DNA of 32,000 nucleotides from an uncultured bacterium (GTDB lineage Bacteria > Margulisbacteria > WOR-1 > CAVSGV01). The notes beneath the pieces were generated by a model. The model was not told where the DNA came from. It made no database searches and was given only the letters and a program-made list of their open reading frames with translations. Positions 27,858 to 32,000 of the stretch are shown piece after piece (within the stretch, counting starts at the first letter, position 1; each line of letters begins with the position of its first letter). The position numbers and the translations under genes are program-made. The stretch covers positions 1,530,001 through 1,562,000 of the forward strand of contig OY969425.1 in assembly GCA_963699255.1 (NCBI GenBank), written 5' to 3'.

Positions 27858-28400
27858 ATGGATATTAGAGCAGTTAAAGACAGCTTTTTATTCTGTCAAA
27901 CGTTTAACAAAAAATTAAATATCAGTTTTCCAAATCCATCGACAAAGGCGGTTTTTGACAAGATCGGCGTTCAAAGCGATCTGAAGCATGTTACCGGCAT
28001 GATCAATTTTAGATTACGCCAGATGCATCTTATGGAATCCGGCTGTCACGAAGATCTGGCAAAACAAGAAGGTTTACAGGTAAGCACATTTGTTTTAAAA
28101 AAGGGTTGGTTTCCTTTTAGCCTGAACTGTGCCGATATCCATTCGGGTCTTCTGGAGGTGTCTACCTTTAGCAGCCCATTCGGCGGGATGCCCATAAAGT
28201 ACTCTTCGATCTTTGAAAAAAGCATTAAGGGGTTATTCGGCAGTAAAGCGGACAGGATCTTATTCCTGCAAATGGGTTATGAGAGGGGCATATCTGACGC
28301 TGAAAAAGCGGATTGGACCAAAATTTTACGCTCCAGAGACATGTTGTGGGCGTCGACAAGCCTGTCAAATTATGAAATAGAAAAATTTCTTCTCAAATAA
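27858..28400 (+). CDS. Member 3 of the paralogous family, unknown function
   Basis: taggaggtaatatttATG; GMINFRLRQMHLM, KKGWFPFSLNCADIHSGLLEVSTFSSPFGGMPIKYSSIFEKSIKGLFG. Confidence 0.85.
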   Translation: MDIRAVKDSFLFCQTFNKKLNISFPNPSTKAVFDKIGVQSDLKHVTGMINFRLRQMHLMESGCHEDLAKQEGLQVSTFVLKKGWFPFSLNCADIHSGLLEVSTFSSPFGGMPIKYSSIFEKSIKGLFGSKADRILFLQMGYERGISDAEKADWTKILRSRDMLWASTSLSNYEIEKFLLK

Positions 28401-28487
28401 TTGATCTATATGTTCTGAAAAGTCTTGAAATATCGCTTTTGTATTTGGAGATGTGAGCATAGAAAGGCATGAAAAGGAAAAACGTAT

Positions 28488-29057
28488 ATGGTTCATACGG
28501 TAAAGATAAAAGGCGTCAAATTCAACACCTGCAAATTCTTTTGCGAAAAAGCGGTCCCTCTTAGAACGATCCTCAAGAACCTGAAAACAATAAAATATGA
28601 CGTAAACGGGGGGACCACAGATCGCATCGAAGACCATTCTAATATAAAGCTCCAATACGATAAGTTAACGGGATCCATCGTTGAAAAAATACGGGCTCAA
28701 AGTGACGTGTCGATCATCAAAGGGTTGATCAATTTTAAAACAGGCGGGATGCATCTGGGTGAAGTGAAAGAGGCCGAGTATCTGGCAAAGCAAAAAAGAC
28801 TTCTAAAAAGCGAAATAGCTTTAAAGGAGGGATGGTATCCCTTTGTCTTGGATTGCAGCTATGTAAAGGCGGGAGTTCTTCTGGTGAGCCCGTTCAGCGA
28901 TGTGTTCGGAGGAATTCCAGCTGAATATTCTTCCATTTTTGAAAGCCATATAAGGGGTTTATTCGGCGATAAAGTGGAAAACATCTCTTTTTTAAGGATG
29001 TATTATCGGGGAAACGTGCCGCAGGATAATACGTCGAATAAAACACACTCCCTGTGA
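28488..29057 (+). CDS. Member 4 of the paralogous family, unknown function
   Basis: KGLINFKTGGMHLG, LKEGWYPFVLDCSYVKAGVLLVSPFSDVFGGIPAEYSSIFESHIRGLFGDKVENISFLRMYYRG; start uncertain (28471 possible in another context). Confidence 0.8.
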   Translation: MVHTVKIKGVKFNTCKFFCEKAVPLRTILKNLKTIKYDVNGGTTDRIEDHSNIKLQYDKLTGSIVEKIRAQSDVSIIKGLINFKTGGMHLGEVKEAEYLAKQKRLLKSEIALKEGWYPFVLDCSYVKAGVLLVSPFSDVFGGIPAEYSSIFESHIRGLFGDKVENISFLRMYYRGNVPQDNTSNKTHSL

Positions 29058-29100
29058 CCAAATCGATGAACATTTCTCCCCCTAAATAAGTACCTCGTTC

Positions 29101-29109
29101 TGCTATAAT
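29101..29109 (+). promoter_or_regulatory. Possible extended -10 promoter element TGCTATAAT
   Basis: TGnTATAAT sequence 6 nt before ATG 29116; no convincing -35. Confidence 0.4.
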
Positions 29110-29273
29110 TACCGTATGGTCAAAAACTTCCTCATAAAAACCTACGGCCCCGACACTCCCGACACCGTGGTCGGGACAAGTTCGGTCGGGGCAAGCTGCC
29201 ACCCTCCTGCGCTGAAGCTTCCGCCTTCGCCAAGGCTTCGGCGGACAAGTCGTAGGGCAGGGATGAACGATCT

Positions 29274-30644
29274 ATGAAGTATTTCATCAAAACCTATGGA
29301 TGCCAGATGAATGTTAATGATTCCGAGATGATGGCGGGACTGCTTTCTGAGGCAGGATACGTCCAGGCCGATTCTCCCGGTAGCGCAGATGTCATCCTCA
29401 TCAATACCTGCTGCGTCCGCCAGAGGGCTGAGGATAAAGCGATTGGCTACGCGCTGGGCCTTGTCGCGCCGAAAATGAGAAAGCCGGGTAGGGTGATCGG
29501 GATCATCGGATGCATCGCCGAAAAAGATAAGAACGAGATATTCAAAAAACTGCCGTTCGTAGATCTTGTGGTCGGGCCCGGACAGGAAGCGAGGGTCGTC
29601 CAGCTTATAGAGGAGGTAAAAAGCGGCGGCGAAAAGGCCGCTGTCGTTGGAGATAACTGCGGGGAGTACCCGTCAAGATCGGCAAAAAGGAAACCCTCGG
29701 TGCAGGCGTATGTCACGATCATGTTCGGCTGCGATAATTTCTGCTCATACTGCATCGTTCCGTATGTGAGAGGAAGGGAAAGAAGCCGCCCGGCAAAAGA
29801 CATAATAGGGGAGATCGAAGAGCTTGATAAAAGTATTTATAAAGAAATAGTTTTGCTGGGGCAGAACGTAAACAACTACAGAGATGCGACAATTGGTACC
29901 CGCAGAGACGAGCTCTGCTCTTCAAATGTTGAGAGCGGAGTTTATCTCCGCGAACAATTGCCTACAGCTTCCGGAACTTATGGATTAGCAGAGTTGTTGA
30001 GGGATGTCCACAAAATTGACGGCGTTGAACGCATACGGTTCTTAACTTCCCATCCACGCGATATGTCAGATGATATCATCGATGCGGTGAGCGACCTGCC
30101 CAAGGTCTGCGAATATTTCCACATCCCTCTGCAGTCCGGCGATGATGAGATACTTAAAAGGATGAACAGGGGATATACTTCCGGCCAGTTCAGGGAGCTG
30201 GTCAGGAGGATCAGGTTAAAGATCCCCGAAGCGGCGATCACTTCCGATGCTATTGCGGGATTCCCCGGCGAGACGGATGAGCAATTCAAACATACGCTCG
30301 ATCTTATCTCCGAACTTGAGCTCGACCTTGTCAATACTTTTTCATATTCAACGCGTCCCGGCACGCCTGCGGCAAAAATGGACGGCCAGATCGACGAAAA
30401 AGCAAAAAAAGAAAGGCTTCAGGCGCTTATGAAAGTTGTTGAGGGGACTGCATTAAGAAAAAATCAGGGATTGATGGGGACCATCCAGGAGGTCCTTATA
30501 GATTCCAGTTCAAAGGACGGGCTTACTGGAAGAACGAGGGGAAATAAGATCGTTCAGGTCGACGGGGCGGATGGAGCGGTCGGGAAACTCCTGAAAGTGA
30601 AGATCACAGGCGCCAGCGCGTGGGGATTGAAGGCGAGTATGTAA
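29274..30644 (+). CDS. miaB: tRNA-2-methylthio-N6-dimethylallyladenosine synthase
   Basis: TYGCQMNVNDSEMMAGLL, GCDNFCSYCIVPYVRGRERSR (radical SAM CxxxCxxC), VLLGQNVNNY, RIRFLTSHPRD, ITSDAIAGFPGETDEQF. Confidence 0.95.
   Translation: MKYFIKTYGCQMNVNDSEMMAGLLSEAGYVQADSPGSADVILINTCCVRQRAEDKAIGYALGLVAPKMRKPGRVIGIIGCIAEKDKNEIFKKLPFVDLVVGPGQEARVVQLIEEVKSGGEKAAVVGDNCGEYPSRSAKRKPSVQAYVTIMFGCDNFCSYCIVPYVRGRERSRPAKDIIGEIEELDKSIYKEIVLLGQNVNNYRDATIGTRRDELCSSNVESGVYLREQLPTASGTYGLAELLRDVHKIDGVERIRFLTSHPRDMSDDIIDAVSDLPKVCEYFHIPLQSGDDEILKRMNRGYTSGQFRELVRRIRLKIPEAAITSDAIAGFPGETDEQFKHTLDLISELELDLVNTFSYSTRPGTPAAKMDGQIDEKAKKERLQALMKVVEGTALRKNQGLMGTIQEVLIDSSSKDGLTGRTRGNKIVQVDGADGAVGKLLKVKITGASAWGLKASM
29889..29981. 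repeat. Palindromic in-frame insertion inside miaB
   Basis: Nested inverted repeats: caattggtacccgcagaga...tctccgcgaacaattg and ctctgctcttcaa...ttgagagcggag; encodes the extra ATIGTRRDELCSSNVESGVYLREQLPTASGT. Boundaries approximate. Confidence 0.7.
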
Positions 30645-30687
30645 GTTGATATAATCAGGCTATCTGATCCGATAAGGAGGAACAACA

Positions 30688-31629
30688 GTGCCAAACAATG
30701 AAATGAAGATCTTTTCCGGTACCTCTCACCCCGAATTTGCAAAGAATATCGCGAAGATCCTGGGCAAGGACCTTTCAAAGATAAACATATCAAGGTTCTC
30801 AGGCGGGGAGATATACGCCAGGCTTACAGATAATGTAAGGGGCGCGTCGGCCTATGTCATCCAGACCTGCACACACAGCGTCAACGATGACCTGATGGAG
30901 CTTTTCATAGTCATCGACGCGCTGAAAAGGGCGTCGGCAAAGAGCATCACGGCGGTCATTCCGCATTTCGGTTACGCCAGGCAGGACAAGAAGTCCGCTT
31001 CAAGGGAGCCGATATCGGCCAAGCTTGTCGCCGACCTCCTCACCACCGCCGGGATAGACAGGATAATCACCATGGACCTGCACTCCGACCAGATACAGGG
31101 GTTCTTCAACCTGCCGGTCGATCATTTGACCGCCATGCCGATACTGGCTGGCTATGTCAAGGAGAAAAAGCTCAAGAATCCGGTGGTCGTTGCCCCGGAT
31201 ACGGGCAGGGCAAAGACCGCCAAGAAACTCAGCGACAGGATAGGCTCTCCGCTGGTCATTCTGCACAAGACACGTCCGGAACACCAGAAGGCGGAGATAA
31301 TGCATGTTGTCGGCGACGTGGCCGGCAAGACGCCGATAATGATAGACGACATGATAGATACGGCCGGCACCGCGACAAGAGGGGTGGACATACTCAGGGA
31401 GCAGGGATGCATCGATGAGATATATTTCCTGTCAACCCACGGGATATTTTCCGGACCGGCGGTCGAGAAAATGAACAAGGCCAGGTTCAAGGAGATAGTC
31501 GTGACCGATACGATCCCTGTCGGAGGAAAGGACATAAAAGGGCTGAAGGTCGTTTCCGTGGCTCCGCTTTTTGCGGAAGCGATAAAGAGAAGCTATGAAA
31601 ATCTCTCCATAAGCTCTTTGTTCGATTAG
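30688..31629 (+). CDS. prs: Ribose-phosphate pyrophosphokinase
   Basis: MKIFSGTSHPEFA, FSGGEIYARL, PHFGYARQDKK, TMDLHSDQIQGFF, VVAPDTG, IMIDDMIDTAGT. Confidence 0.96.
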   Translation: MPNNEMKIFSGTSHPEFAKNIAKILGKDLSKINISRFSGGEIYARLTDNVRGASAYVIQTCTHSVNDDLMELFIVIDALKRASAKSITAVIPHFGYARQDKKSASREPISAKLVADLLTTAGIDRIITMDLHSDQIQGFFNLPVDHLTAMPILAGYVKEKKLKNPVVVAPDTGRAKTAKKLSDRIGSPLVILHKTRPEHQKAEIMHVVGDVAGKTPIMIDDMIDTAGTATRGVDILREQGCIDEIYFLSTHGIFSGPAVEKMNKARFKEIVVTDTIPVGGKDIKGLKVVSVAPLFAEAIKRSYENLSISSLFD

Positions 31630-31663
31630 AGGGTAGGGATCAGGGGTTAGGAGTTAGTGATCA

Positions 31664-32000
31664 GTGAATAATAAGATAAAGATAGGCATCATCGGATTGG
31701 GGACAGTGGGCTCGTCGGTCGTGAGCGTCCTCAGGAAAAACTCCGCCCTGATAGAGAAGAGATCGGGCGTGAAGATAGAAATAAAGAAAGCGGCCGATGT
31801 AAGGAACAAGAGGGACGTCGCGGGCAAAGCATACGTGAAGAACGCGCTTGATGTCATATCCGATCCTGATATTTCCATCGTTGTTGAGACCATGGGCGGC
31901 GTTACCCCGGCAAAACAGTATATCCTTTCCGCCATCAGGTCCGGAAAGTACATCGTCACTTCGAACAAAGAACTCATAGCCAAGCACGGGAAGGAAATAT
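31664..32000 (+). CDS. hom: Homoserine dehydrogenase, N-terminal part (runs off window)
   Basis: GTG start: VNNKIKIGIIGLGTVGSSVVSVLRKNSALIEKRSGVKIEIKKAADV...VVETMGGVTPAKQYILSAIRSGKYIVTSNKELIAKHG. Confidence 0.88.
   Translation, partial: MNNKIKIGIIGLGTVGSSVVSVLRKNSALIEKRSGVKIEIKKAADVRNKRDVAGKAYVKNALDVISDPDISIVVETMGGVTPAKQYILSAIRSGKYIVTSNKELIAKHGKEI

Overview
This 32 kb bacterial chromosomal window has a conserved housekeeping backbone. The backbone is queD(partial)-murI-amidase-cca on the minus strand, ssrA (tmRNA) on plus, and then smpB, dapB, dut, an M16 protease, nadD, proA, proB, obg, rpmA, rplU, yajQ-like and PEBP on minus. On plus are miaB, prs and a partial homoserine dehydrogenase. 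It is interrupted by an accessory region (~3.8-14.6 kb). That region holds a type II restriction-modification pair, a GIY-YIG protein, an OLD-like ATPase/TOPRIM protein, a four-helix-bundle protein, two ORF6N-domain genes and a C1A cysteine protease. The observations I rate highest are: (1) a 149-aa protein (10996-11445) that matches only the C-terminal half of FtsZ, with no GTPase domain, next to the defence-type genes; (2) a cluster of four diverged paralogues of a family I do not recognise (25943-29057); (3) an element of ~130-165 bp in three copies (two plus, one minus) whose two hairpins differ by compensatory changes; (4) palindromes of the form GGTNNCAATTTGNNACC inside and beside two ORF6N genes, again with compensatory changes; (5) a ~93-bp palindromic in-frame insertion in miaB; (6) a 254-bp tandem duplication whose unit ends with a copy of the ssrA 3' end. 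Several genes carry apparent single-base frameshifts, some at homopolymers, so assembly or sequencing error must be excluded. No database search was run; family calls come from recognising motifs in the translations. Placement in a candidate phylum such as Omnitrophota is only a guess.
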